Of a stretch of DNA of 64,000 nt, positions 1 through 9,333 are shown in pieces; within the stretch, counting starts at the first letter, position 1, and every line of letters begins with the position of its first letter. A program made the translations under genes and the position numbers. The notes below the pieces were generated by a model. The model was not told the origin of the DNA. It made no database searches and saw only the letters and a list, made by a program, of their open reading frames with translations. Source of the stretch: Candidatus Dormiibacterota bacterium (lineage in GTDB: Bacteria; Chloroflexota; Dormibacteria; Aeolococcales; Aeolococcaceae); contig CAVPXI010000023.1 of the NCBI GenBank assembly GCA_963709585.1, positions 64,001 to 128,000 on the forward strand, given 5' to 3'.

Positions 1-211
1 AGAATCCCGCGCTACTGCGTTCGCGCAGTGACAATGCGACGGGTGCGGACAATCAGCAGGAAAGGCTGCTCAGCGTGAGCAGAATCCTCAGAGACCATAC
101 GCCGGACGGTTCACGCGAACTGAAGATATGGTCCCATCTGCATGGCGACATGCAGGGGAGCGCACCGCTAGTGCTCTCCCGCTCGAGCAACGATGTTTGG
201 GTAAGAGATTA
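1..211 (+). ncRNA. Group I intron (IB4-like) at 23S position L1931, 5' part outside window
   Basis: Q element AATCAGCAGG (51-60), R element TCAGAGACCATAC, S element AAGATATGGTCC (P7 GACCA/TGGTC compensatory to the usual GACTA/TAGTC), P9 hairpin CTGCATG-GCGA-CATGCAG plus P9.1/P9.2; exon resumes at A1932 (212). Confidence 0.9.
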
Positions 212-231
212 AGCGAAATTCCTTGTCGGGT

Positions 232-483
232 AAGTGAATAAACGAGCCCGTACCGGCTAATATCGGTGAAGCCCGAACGACAGCGTGCGGCTGTGCGAGG
301 GTGATACCGAGGGAAGTCGTCCAACCGAGTTGGATTGACCCTGTATCGACTGAGGCAATGTGCCGAAGGTTGTCACCCGCATCACACCGGTGGTGCAAAT
401 CCTTGTGGCAGCCAATACGCCGGCAAAGTCTAACGAGACTTTGAAGTTATAGTCAGTGCCTCCAGTAATGGAGGGAAGACATG
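232..483 (+). ncRNA. Group I intron (IA3-like) at 23S position L1951, 252 nt, no homing endonuclease ORF
   Basis: Inserted after CGGGT (U1951); P1 exon CGGGU pairs with guide GCCCG (U.G wobble); P AATATCGGTGAA, Q GATACCGAG, R TGTATCGACTG, S AAGTTATAGTCAG; terminal G at 483 followed by exon AAGTTCCGACC. Confidence 0.92.
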
Positions 484-762
484 AAGTTCCGACCCGCACG
501 AATGGCGTAACGAGATGGGCGCTGTCTCGGCCACGTACTCGGCGAAACTGAAGTACCTGTGAAGATACAGGTTACCCGCAGCAGGACGGAAAGACCCCGT
601 GGAGCTTTACTATAACTTGCCACTGAAATGGGGTCCAGCATGTAGAGGATAGCTGGGAGACTGTGAAGTCGGGCCGCTAGGTTCGGTGGAGTCAACCTTG
701 GAATACCAGCCTTGCTGGATTTTATTTCTAACCGGCGCCGTTATCCGGTGTCGGGACCGTGG

Positions 763-795
<33 letters not shown>

Positions 796-952
796 CAAAC
801 GGTAACGGAGGCGCCCAAAGGTTCCCTCAGCCTGGATGGAAATCAGGCCTTGGCGTGTAATGGCGTAAGGGAGCTTGACTGTGAGGCCGACAAGCCGAGC
901 AGGGACGAAAGTCGGGCATAGTGATCCGACGACTCTGAATGGAAAGGTCGTC

Positions 953-989
<37 letters not shown>

Positions 990-1019
990 GATCTTGCCCA
1001 AGAGTTCACATCGACGGCA

Positions 1020-1061
<42 letters not shown>

Positions 1062-1065
1062 GAGT

Positions 1066-1102
<37 letters not shown>

Positions 1103-1594
1103 TACGCGAGCTGGGTTTAGAACGTCGTGAGACAGTTCGGATCGTATCCGCTGTGGGCGCAGGAGATTTGAGGAGAGCTGACCTTAGTACGAGAGGACCG
1201 GGTTGGACGGACCGCTAGTGCACCAGTTGTTCTGCCAAGAGCATCGCTGGGTAGCCATGTCCGGATGGGATAAGCGCTGAAAGCATCTAAGTGCGAAGCC
1301 CACTCCAAGATAAGATCTCCCACCGGATAACCGGGTAAGACCCCAGAGAGACCATCTGGTTGATAGGCCGCGGGTGTAAGAGAGGTGACTCTTTGAGCTG
1401 AGCGGTACTAATCGGTCGAGGGCTTGACCTCCTATCCCACTTTTCAGCGACGAGTGGGATGGCGCCAATGGTGGCGCCGCAGGAAAGTGCAACGCCTGGC
1501 AGAGCGCTCGAGTAGCGCACTAGGATTCTCCGACGGAGAGCGCATGCGCTTCCGTGGACCAGAACTCGCATTCTCACTCGTCATGAGAGAGATA

Positions 1595-1711
1595 TCCGGT
1601 GATCATAGCGGTGGGGAAACACCTGTTCCCATCCCGAACACAGCAGTTAAGCCCACCAGCGCCGATGGTACTGCCCTGGCAACGGGGTGGGAGAGTAGGT
1701 CGTTGCCGGGT
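1595..1711 (+). rRNA. rrf: 5S rRNA
   Basis: CACCTGTTCCCATCCCGAACACAGCAGTTAAG...GCGCCGATGGTACTG...GGGAGAGTAGGTCGTTGCCGG; flanked by complementary GAGAGAGATA/TATCTCTCT processing stem. Confidence 0.97.
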
Positions 1712-1810
1712 ATCTCTCTTTTGTTTTCCGGGCTCTGAGGCGGATTTGTATATGAAACAGAGCAGGTAAGTGCTAAGGACATATAGCACGGCGCTAAAAG
1801 AGTAGATAAT
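1703..1810 (+). repeat. att junction 1 (5S 3' core plus element left-end motifs)
   Basis: Core 1703-1717; motif A AAACAGAGCAGGTAA at +52; motif B TAGCACGGCG at +81. Confidence 0.9.
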
Positions 1811-1817
1811 AGCGGCG

Positions 1818-2734
1818 ATGCCGAAGCGCGCCGCCGCCCCGCAGCTCACCCTCGAGGGCGCCTGGCAGAGCTTTGACCGCTCCCTCCGAGCCGAGGGACG
1901 ATCGCCCGAAACCCGGCGCGCCTATGCCCAATCGGTCGCTCAGTTCGGGGCCTATCTGCGCGACCGGAGCCTGGCGTCCGAGGTGGCCCTGATCGACCGC
2001 GGTGACCTCGAGAACTGGATCATCACCCTCCTCGACTCCCGCAAGCCCGCCACCGCAGCCACCCGTCACCACGCCCTGGCTCGCCTGTTCTCGTGGCTGG
2101 TGGCCGAGGGCGAACTGGATCGCTCCCCGATGGAGCGGATGGAAGTGCCGAAGGTCCCCGAGAATCCTCCGACCGTGCTGAGCATCGAGGACATGCGGCG
2201 CATCCTGGCGGTGTGCAAGGGCACCGAGTTCGATGAGCGCCGCGACGCGGCTATCTTGCGCGTGCTGGTCGATACCGGCCTGCGCCTCGCCGAGCTCACC
2301 GGCCTGACCTTGGATGACGTCGACCTCGATGAGGGGTTGGCAACAGTCACCGGCAAGGGCGGCGCCGCCGTGCCGTGCCACTCGGCGCGAAGTCGACGGC
2401 CGCACTCGACCGATACCTCAGGGTCCGCCACGCCCACCCGCACCATCGCAGCTCGCACCTTTGGCTCGGCCAGAAAGGTCCGCTGACCGCGACCGGGATG
2501 CGCCAGGTGGTGCAGCGCCGGGCGCGTCAGGCAGGGTTGGATCAGCGCATCTGGCCGCATCTGTTCCGGCATACCGGCGCACATCAATGGCTCGCCGCGG
2601 GTGGCTCCGAGGGCGACCTGATGAGCCTCTATGGGTGGCGATCGAGCGCGATGCTGCGCCGCTACGGCTCGTCAGCGGCAGCCGAGCGCGCCCGCAAAGC
2701 GCACGCCGACCTCTCGTTGGGCGACCGGGTATGA
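1818..2734 (+). CDS. Tyrosine recombinase/integrase (XerC/D-like), frameshift near 2365
   Basis: ORFs 1818-2486 and 2375-2734 join: SAM-like N-domain, TGLRLAEL (R), GKGG (K), HLFRH (HxxR), YGW, MLRRY (Y). Confidence 0.93.
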
Positions 2735-3099
2735 CCGGGCTGCTCGCCGCCCGGATGGGCAAGGACGGCGCCGCGGTGCTCTGTGGCCAACCGACCTGTC
2801 CGTGCGAGATCGGGAGGATGATGGGCGCGCATCTAGTCGTGGCGCGCGGCCTGGTCGAGGTCCGCGATCCCCTCGGCAAACCGTATGACCCGCCGTGCTA
2901 CGCCCAGCCTCGCAGTGTCGTCAAGCGTGTCCGCCACGCCGTGATCGCGGGGACGAGACCGACATTGCGGCCCAGGGTGCAAGCCGCGACGCCCGCGTGG
3001 ACCGTGGACCGCGTGGTCTTCCTGCCACAGCACCCGGAAGTGTGGGTGAAGTGCCCACGCTGCGGGAACCAGAGCAGGGTCCGCCCACGAGGTACCTAG
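2731..3099 (+). CDS. Hypothetical Zn-finger protein, coupled to the integrase
   Basis: ATGA overlap with integrase stop; CGQPTCPC and CPRCG motifs. Confidence 0.6.
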   Translation: MTGLLAARMGKDGAAVLCGQPTCPCEIGRMMGAHLVVARGLVEVRDPLGKPYDPPCYAQPRSVVKRVRHAVIAGTRPTLRPRVQAATPAWTVDRVVFLPQHPEVWVKCPRCGNQSRVRPRGT

Positions 3100-3101
3100 T
3101 A

Positions 3102-3127
3102 AGCACGGCGAACAAGACGCCGTGCTA
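3102..3127. promoter_or_regulatory. Inverted pair of att motif B (operator-like)
   Basis: AGCACGGCG-AACAAGA-CGCCGTGCT, the same 9-mer found at the att junctions. Confidence 0.6.
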
Positions 3128-3221
3128 GAGTACGTCCGTTCGTTATCAGTAGCGCCGGATCGTCGGCCTCTGCCCTTTGGCTTCCATCCCATCGCGGGAG
3201 TGAGCGGGGCGAGGTCACGGC

Positions 3222-3488
3222 ATGCCCCTCGATCCCGCTGCCCGAACGCTCCGAGCCCGCATTGGCGCTTTCGCCATGCACTCGAAACATCCCATCGAAG
3301 CGACAACTCGCGGCGGCCTGGACGCCGCCTGGCAACGCTTCGTTCTCGAGGTCGATCCGGACGGCTTACTGTCTGAGTCGGAGCGCACGCGGCGAGCCAA
3401 GGCTGCGCAGCGAGCTCATATGGCCAGGATCGCGCTTCGAAGTGTGCAAGCCCGACAGGCGGCGAAGTCTTCAGGAGAATCGGGGTGA
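3222..3488 (+). CDS. Small basic hypothetical protein of satellite-like elements
   Basis: VDPDGLLSESERTRRAKAAQRAHMARIALRS; stop overlaps next start. Confidence 0.7.
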   Translation: MPLDPAARTLRARIGAFAMHSKHPIEATTRGGLDAAWQRFVLEVDPDGLLSESERTRRAKAAQRAHMARIALRSVQARQAAKSSGESG

Positions 3489-5063
3489 TGGGCGAGGACC
3501 CTGCCAGGGGTCCCCTGCCCGACCACGACGACAACGCTGACGATAACACCGGCGCGGATGAGGCGTTGCTCGCGGCCGCGCAGCAAGTCATCGATAGGGG
3601 GTTAGATGTCGGTCCCAACCTCGCGGGGCTGACGCCCGAGGAACGGGCCAGCGCACTCGCGGCCTTCGCGCACGAGATCGTCCGGGTACCGCCTCCCCTC
3701 GCCGATGTGCTCGCGTCGACGTGCGAACTCCTGCGCCGCTACATCGTCCTACCTGCCGATCACTACTACCTGGTGGTCGCGCTCTGGATCCTGCACGCGC
3801 ACGCGATCACGGCAGCCGACACCACGCCGCGGCTGATCTTCAAGTCGCCCGAGAAGGAAAGCGGGAAAACCCGTTGCCTCGAGTGTCTCGACGCGCTGGT
3901 GCCGGCGCCGCTGCAGGTCATCAGCGTCACCACGGCCGCGATCTTCCGACTGCTCAAGGAGGAGCAGGTGACCGTGTTGTTTGACGAGGTGGACGCCATC
4001 TTCAATCCACGGGCGACCAACCAGGAGGATTTGAGGGCACTGTTGAACGCCGGGTATCGCCGCGGCGCGACGGTTGCTCGAAGTCGTCGGCGACGGTAAA
4101 CGGATGCGGGTCGAACGATTCCCGGTCTTTGCCGCCACCGCACTCGCCGCGATCGGCGATCTCCCCGACACGATCGAATCGCGGTCGATCATCGTCCCGA
4201 TGCGCCGGCGCGCACCCGATGAGACCGTGGCGAAGTTCCGTAGCCGCCAGGTCGCGCTCGAGGTCGTGGAATTGCGCGGCGACCTGGTCAACTGGGCATC
4301 GATTTATTCCGCGGAGCTCAGCAGAGCGGATCCTGTCATGCCGGACGGTCTTGAGGATCGGACCGAAGACTGCTGGGCGCCGCTGCTCGCCATCGCCGAC
4401 ATGGCCGGCGAGGAGTGGGGCGAGCGAGCCCGTGCAGCCGCACTGCTGATCGCCAAAGGTCGCGTCGCCGAGGATGCGTCCACAGGCGTCCGCCTGCTGG
4501 CCGATATCAAGACCGTCCTCGGCGACCGCGACCGCCTGTCCAGCGCCGGACTCTGCGCGATGCTCAACGCGCTCGAGGAATCGGGGTGGGGAGGATGGAA
4601 CGACGGCCGCGGCATCGGTCAACGTGACCTGGCGAAGCGGCTGAAGCGCTACTTCATTGAGTCGAAGAACATCAGGCTCGGTGACGGCTCGGTCCCGAAG
4701 GGTTACCTGCGCAGCGACTTTGACGATGCCTTCGCTCGCTACCTGCGCCTTCCTGCTCTTACAAGCGCTACAAGCGCTACAAGCGCTACGCAGGTTCGAA
4801 TTGACGTAGCGGACGTAGCGCCTGTAGCGGTTACTAGGGGAGAGAGAGAAGTCGGCCGGGAAGACGACGGTCACCCCACACAGGAGACATCCGCGACGCC
4901 GCTGGAGACGTTTCAACACCAGGTCGATGCAACGCTCACGAAGGTCAATGGACTGCAACCCGGCTGGCTTGAAGCCGATGATCAGCGCCGCCGCGAGTTG
5001 ATGGAGGCCGGCATGCGACACAAAGCGGAGCACAGTCGTCACACACATAGGAGGCACCCATGA
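3485..5063 (+). CDS. DUF3631-domain replication (primase/helicase-like) protein, frameshift near 4080
   Basis: ORFs 3485-4099 and 4074-5063; P-loop-like SPEKESGKT, VLFDEVD, LLNAGYRRG, DRTEDCWAPLLAIAD, KGYLRSDFDDAFARY. Confidence 0.85.
4760..4830. repeat. Convergent iteron-like arrays (putative origin of the element)
   Basis: (ACAAGCGCT)x3 giving CGCTAC x3 at 9-bp period, then GTAGCG x3 at 9-bp period in inverted orientation. Confidence 0.65.
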
Positions 5064-5314
5064 CTGACAAGCCCCAGAGCCCCAGTATGTTCACCCCTGA
5101 AGCCGCTGTCGCGACTGCCATCGCTCAGCTCGTCGACGTCTCCAACGGGCTCGGACTGATGGTCACCCTCGGGCGACACCTGGAGACTTCGGCCGCCAAC
5201 ACCGATGACATGCTGGACGCTCGGACGTACGTGCGCCGCGTGCAGGAGGCGCTGGCACACTGCCACGAGGCCGCCGACGCACTGCGAACCCTACTGCCGG
5301 CCAAGCCCGCGTGA
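5060..5314 (+). CDS. Hypothetical protein
   Basis: SD AGGAGG; ATGA overlap upstream and GTGA overlap downstream. Confidence 0.65.
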   Translation: MTDKPQSPSMFTPEAAVATAIAQLVDVSNGLGLMVTLGRHLETSAANTDDMLDARTYVRRVQEALAHCHEAADALRTLLPAKPA

Positions 5315-5685
5315 GCATCATGCGTCCGTGCCTCGATTGCGGCGCGCCGTACGAACCGCGGCGTGGCGTAGCACGTTGCCCACAGCATCAGCGTGAGTAC
5401 CGACGCACCCGTGAAGCACCCCTTTCGACGGCCGCCTGGCGCGCGCTCCGCGCCCGCAAGCTCAAGCGCAACCCGATCTGTGAGGACTGCGGACGACAGT
5501 GGGCTGTCCAGGTTCAGCACATCGTCCCACGGTCGATGGGCGGCGCCCTGCTGCCACCGCTGTCGGGACTGCGCGCCCTGTGTGTTGCCTGCCATGCGGT
5601 CTGGACAAACCGAGAGCGTCGCTGGGGCTACCGGCCGCCGCCAACTGTAGTGAACGACGACGACGAAGGACCGCGCGTCGCATGA
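5311..5685 (+). CDS. HNH endonuclease (terminase-associated, HK97 gp74-like)
   Basis: CLDCG...CPQH, WRALRARKLKRNPICEDCG, VQHIVPRSMGG, LCVACHAVWT. Confidence 0.85.
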   Translation: MSIMRPCLDCGAPYEPRRGVARCPQHQREYRRTREAPLSTAAWRALRARKLKRNPICEDCGRQWAVQVQHIVPRSMGGALLPPLSGLRALCVACHAVWTNRERRWGYRPPPTVVNDDDEGPRVA

Positions 5686-5850
5686 ACGCTGAGCATCGCA
5701 ACTCGCTTGAAAGCGCACAGCAAACCCCGAGGAATGGGGGGGCCAAATCCATCGCGTTTTTCCCTCCGGCGCGAACGCTGTTGGGCCACAATCCCGGTTA
5801 CACACTTTTCGCGATCGCAAAAGTCGTCGCACCAGGGGTGGGATGACCCC
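5686..5850 (+). other. Putative cos/packaging region
   Basis: Likely non-coding gap between HNH and TerL with GGGGGGG-CCAAATC, the usual cos position in HK97-type packaging modules (inference). Confidence 0.4.
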
Positions 5851-7302
5851 GTGAAAGCAGGCCCGAAAGCAGCCCCCACGGCCGAGCCGTTGACCTTTGA
5901 GGACCTTCCAGCGTCGGGTGGCGATCGGGTGGTTGCTTTCATCGAGCAGTACATCGTGCTGCCTCACGGGCGAGGGGCCAAGCGTCCGCTGGCGCTGCGT
6001 CCGTGGCAGCAGCGGATCATCCACGGCCTCTTTGACGAGCCGCGCCCGCGCCAGGGCCTGCTCAGCCTGCCACGTGGCAACGGCAAGACCACGCTCGCCG
6101 CGGCAATCGCTCTCTACGCCCTGTTTGGCGACGGCGAGGACTCGGCGCAAGTGCTCTGTGTAGCCTCGGATGAGCGCCAGGCCGCCATCCTATTTCGCAC
6201 TGCGCGGCGCATGATCGAGCTCGAGCCGCGACTGCTGGATCGCTGCCAGGTCTTCCAGGACCAGATTGTTGTGCCCTCCAGCGACGGGGTGCTTCGACCC
6301 TTGCCGGCTGAGAGCGCGGCCCTGCTGGGCTGGAATCCGAGCCTCTGTGTCGTCGACGAGTTGGCGGTCGTGACGGAGCGGGTGTGGGAGGCGGTGTCAG
6401 GCGCCGCCGGCAAGCGCGAGCGCAGTCTCACTCTGGCGATCTCCACCCCGCCCGAGAGCGTCGACAGCGTGATGTACGGCCTAGCCGAGCTTGGCCGCGA
6501 CGCTGACGACCCCAGTTTCTATTTCCAGGAGTTCTCCGCCCCCGCCGACTGCCTGATCGATGACGAGAGGGCGTGGGCAGTGGCTAACCCTGCGCTCGGC
6601 GATTTCCTGGCCATCGATGCGATGCGCAGCGTGCTGAGGACCATGCGTGAATCGACCTTTCGGCGCGCGCGTCTCGGTCAGTCGGTTTTTGGGAGCGAGA
6701 GTTGGATCAGCACCGAGCAGTGGAAGGCCGCGGCGGCCCCTGATCAGGAGATCCCTGAGGGCGCTGCGGTGTGTCTCGGCTTCGATGGATCCTTCTCCCG
6801 CGACGGGACTGCGCTGGTGGCCGTCTCTTGTGCGCGTCCGCACCACCTCCAGATAGTCGATCTCTGGGAGAAGACGTCCGACGACGGCCCGGCGTGGCGG
6901 GTGAGCACCGCCGATGTGGAGCAGGCGATCCGTGACGCCTGCACCACGTACCAGGTGCGGGCGATCGTGGCTGATCCGAGCTGGTGGGCGCAGACCATGC
7001 AAACGTTGGCGGGAGAGGGTCTTCCTGTGGTCGAGTTCCGGCCGAACTCGTCGCGGATGATTACCGCGAGCGAGAGATTCTACAAGGCGATTTGTGACGG
7101 CGACCTCAGCCACAGCGGCGAGCGCGACCTCACTCGCCACATCAGCAACGCGGTGCTACGGATGACGCCATCGGGACCGCGTGTCATGAAAGAGAGCAAG
7201 CAGAGTACCCGCCATGTTGACCTGGCCATCGCTGCGATCCTCGCGTACGACCAGGCGGCTCAGGTGGCACCCGAGCGCACGCCGCTGATCGCGTTCGTCT
7301 GA
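5851..7302 (+). CDS. terL: Terminase large subunit
   Basis: LRPWQ, Walker A PRGNGKTT, Walker B VVDEL, ISTP coupling motif, LGFDGSFSRDGT nuclease, VDLAIAAILAY; start GTG (VKAGPKA) inferred. Confidence 0.93.
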   Translation: MKAGPKAAPTAEPLTFEDLPASGGDRVVAFIEQYIVLPHGRGAKRPLALRPWQQRIIHGLFDEPRPRQGLLSLPRGNGKTTLAAAIALYALFGDGEDSAQVLCVASDERQAAILFRTARRMIELEPRLLDRCQVFQDQIVVPSSDGVLRPLPAESAALLGWNPSLCVVDELAVVTERVWEAVSGAAGKRERSLTLAISTPPESVDSVMYGLAELGRDADDPSFYFQEFSAPADCLIDDERAWAVANPALGDFLAIDAMRSVLRTMRESTFRRARLGQSVFGSESWISTEQWKAAAAPDQEIPEGAAVCLGFDGSFSRDGTALVAVSCARPHHLQIVDLWEKTSDDGPAWRVSTADVEQAIRDACTTYQVRAIVADPSWWAQTMQTLAGEGLPVVEFRPNSSRMITASERFYKAICDGDLSHSGERDLTRHISNAVLRMTPSGPRVMKESKQSTRHVDLAIAAILAYDQAAQVAPERTPLIAFV

Positions 7303-7352
7303 CATTTCTTTTGTTCAACGCTCGTTGCCGAAAACCACGCAAAGGAGAACCG

Positions 7353-7670
7353 ATGACTGACCGGATCAACGACCCGACCAAGCCGGGCTATTCCTGGATT
7401 GAGGTCAATCACCATGTCGCCGACATGGAGCAGGGCATCGCCGCCATCGTCGATGTGCGATGCCTGTTCGTCGGCCAGGACGGCAAGGTCGTCAACACGC
7501 CGGGAGTCGGCTTCCGGCTCGCCGACGCGGAAGCGCTTGCGGCTGACATTGTCGCCCACGCGCACGCGGCGTACCTCGAGGCCAGAGCTGCCGGCGGCGA
7601 CATGGAGGCCATCGAAGCGCTCGAGGAGGAAGCGCAGGGCTATGACGACGAGCGCAATTCTCGAAATTGA
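7353..7670 (+). CDS. Hypothetical protein (ORF-X; paralog at 11602)
   Basis: SD AAGGAG; C-terminus AYLEARAAGGDMEAIEAL...DDER resembles VHLEALADAGDAEAAELL...LDER of 11602-11925. Confidence 0.75.
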   Translation: MTDRINDPTKPGYSWIEVNHHVADMEQGIAAIVDVRCLFVGQDGKVVNTPGVGFRLADAEALAADIVAHAHAAYLEARAAGGDMEAIEALEEEAQGYDDERNSRN

Positions 7671-7687
7671 GGTGATACGATCAATTC

Positions 7688-7846
7688 ACGCTCCCGCGCT
7701 CACTGCTGAATGGCACTGAGCAGCCGCAAATCCGACAGCGTGTCGGTTTTGGGGGTAGGGACCGAAGGCGATACGCGCCGAGGCTGGCTGTGCCACCCGC
7801 GGAAGTAGCTGAACGGGCCGCGAAAGGCTCAATTTCAACGACTTCA
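7688..7846 (+). ncRNA. Candidate structured leader RNA of the capsid transcript
   Basis: Homologous to 12682-12820 with conserved stems and exchanged loops/hairpins; extended -10 TGATACGAT at 7673-7681. Confidence 0.65.
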
Positions 7847-7855
7847 ACGGGAGGC

Positions 7856-9331
7856 ATGAAAATGCCACGAGCACTCGCCGAGATTCGGCAAGAACAGACA
7901 CAACTGCGTGCGCGCGTCGGCCAACTGGTCGATGAGGCGCGCGAAATCGAAATCAAGCTCGAGGTCGACGGCGCCAACGACGGGCTCGAGGAGCGCAAAG
8001 CCAACGTGGAGCGCGGCAAGGCCAAGGCCAGCGCGCGACTGCAGGAGGTGGGCGCCGAGTACAGCGCGGCGATAACACGGATGGTCGAGAACGGCCAGAC
8101 GCAGACCGAGGCCGGCGTCAGCCTGGAGAACGCCTACACAGAGCGTCAGGACGACGACAGGACCGCGTCCATGGCGCCGCACCAGCGCCAGGCGGTCTCG
8201 GACGCCATGCGCGCCCTCGAGCGCCATCAGCGCGACGGTGTGCTGTTCACCACGGCGGCGGAGCGCATGGAGAATGTGGTTCGTCACGGTGACCCTACCG
8301 GCAGCACTGGGCGGTACATCGCCGCGGTGGGCGCGGACGCCTATGCGCGCGCGTTTGTCAAGCTGCTGACGTACGGCGACACGGCTGTGCTGCGCATGAC
8401 CTCTGAGGAACAGCAAGCCATGCAGCGCGTCAGCCAGGCCGAGTCCGAGCGCGCGATGTCCGACGGCACCACCACCGCCGGCGGATTCGGAATCCCGCTG
8501 ACAATTGATCCGACGATCAATTTGACGTCGTCGGGCGCGTTGTGTCCGGTCCGCGAGGTTGCGGACGTGCGCCAGATCGCCACCAACGAATTGCGCCTGG
8601 TGAGCGCTGACACGCCTGCGTCGGCATATGCAGCGGAATTGACCGAAGTGGCTGACGGCAGCCCGACTTTGGCGCAGCCGATCGCGGTCACCCAAAAAGG
8701 GCAGTCGTTTGTTCCATTTTCGATCGAGGTTGGGGCTGACTACCCTGGCCTGCAGAACGAGCTGCTCAAATTGCTCGCGGACGGTCGGGCGATATTGGAC
8801 AGTACGAAGATGCTTTCCGGCCTAGCAAGCGCCAACGAGCCGGTAGGCATCCTCGCCTCGACCGGCGGATTGACGACGTCGCAGCGCGTGCAAACGGCCG
8901 TTACTGGCACATTTGGCATCTCCGACGCGTACGCATTGCGAGAAGGCCTCGCCGCCACGCGGTTCTTTCAAAATGCGGTCTTTATGGCCCATCCGACCAC
9001 CATGGATGCGGCGTATCGACTGGTCGGCGGTGGGTCGACCACCGAGCCGCTGCCCATGCCTCAAGGCCGGAGCGGCCCGTTCGTCGGCACTCCGCAGTAC
9101 GGCTGGAATGCGATGGCAACCGGCACCACCACCGGTACCAAGATCCTCATCCTCGGCGACTGGAGCGGATACGTCGTCGCCGACAGGATTGGAGCTCAGG
9201 TTGAACTGGTGAGCCACCTGTTTGGAAGCGCGTCAAGGTTCCCAATCGGAGCTCGCGGGCTCTACTTCTACTGGCGCACGGGGACGTGTGTCCTGAAACC
9301 GAACGCATTTAGATATTTGGAAATGCGGTAA
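7856..9331 (+). CDS. Major capsid protein (HK97 fold) with N-terminal delta/scaffold coiled coil
   Basis: SD GGGAGG; RAMSDGTTTAGGFGIPLTID, AAELTEVADGSPT, VPFSIEV, EPVGIL, ILGDWS, PNAFRYL. Confidence 0.92.
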   Translation: MKMPRALAEIRQEQTQLRARVGQLVDEAREIEIKLEVDGANDGLEERKANVERGKAKASARLQEVGAEYSAAITRMVENGQTQTEAGVSLENAYTERQDDDRTASMAPHQRQAVSDAMRALERHQRDGVLFTTAAERMENVVRHGDPTGSTGRYIAAVGADAYARAFVKLLTYGDTAVLRMTSEEQQAMQRVSQAESERAMSDGTTTAGGFGIPLTIDPTINLTSSGALCPVREVADVRQIATNELRLVSADTPASAYAAELTEVADGSPTLAQPIAVTQKGQSFVPFSIEVGADYPGLQNELLKLLADGRAILDSTKMLSGLASANEPVGILASTGGLTTSQRVQTAVTGTFGISDAYALREGLAATRFFQNAVFMAHPTTMDAAYRLVGGGSTTEPLPMPQGRSGPFVGTPQYGWNAMATGTTTGTKILILGDWSGYVVADRIGAQVELVSHLFGSASRFPIGARGLYFYWRTGTCVLKPNAFRYLEMR

Positions 9332-9333
9332 CC

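Noticed and set aside
2360-2380. Programmed frameshift in the integrase
   Set aside because: No slippery sequence; similar indels occur in housekeeping genes
7700-7855. c-di-AMP (ydaO) riboswitch resemblance (GCTGAAT, TTTTGGGG, GTAGGG, GGAGGC)
   Set aside because: Most of these words are not conserved in the second copy and the expected pairings were not found; needs cmscan to exclude formally
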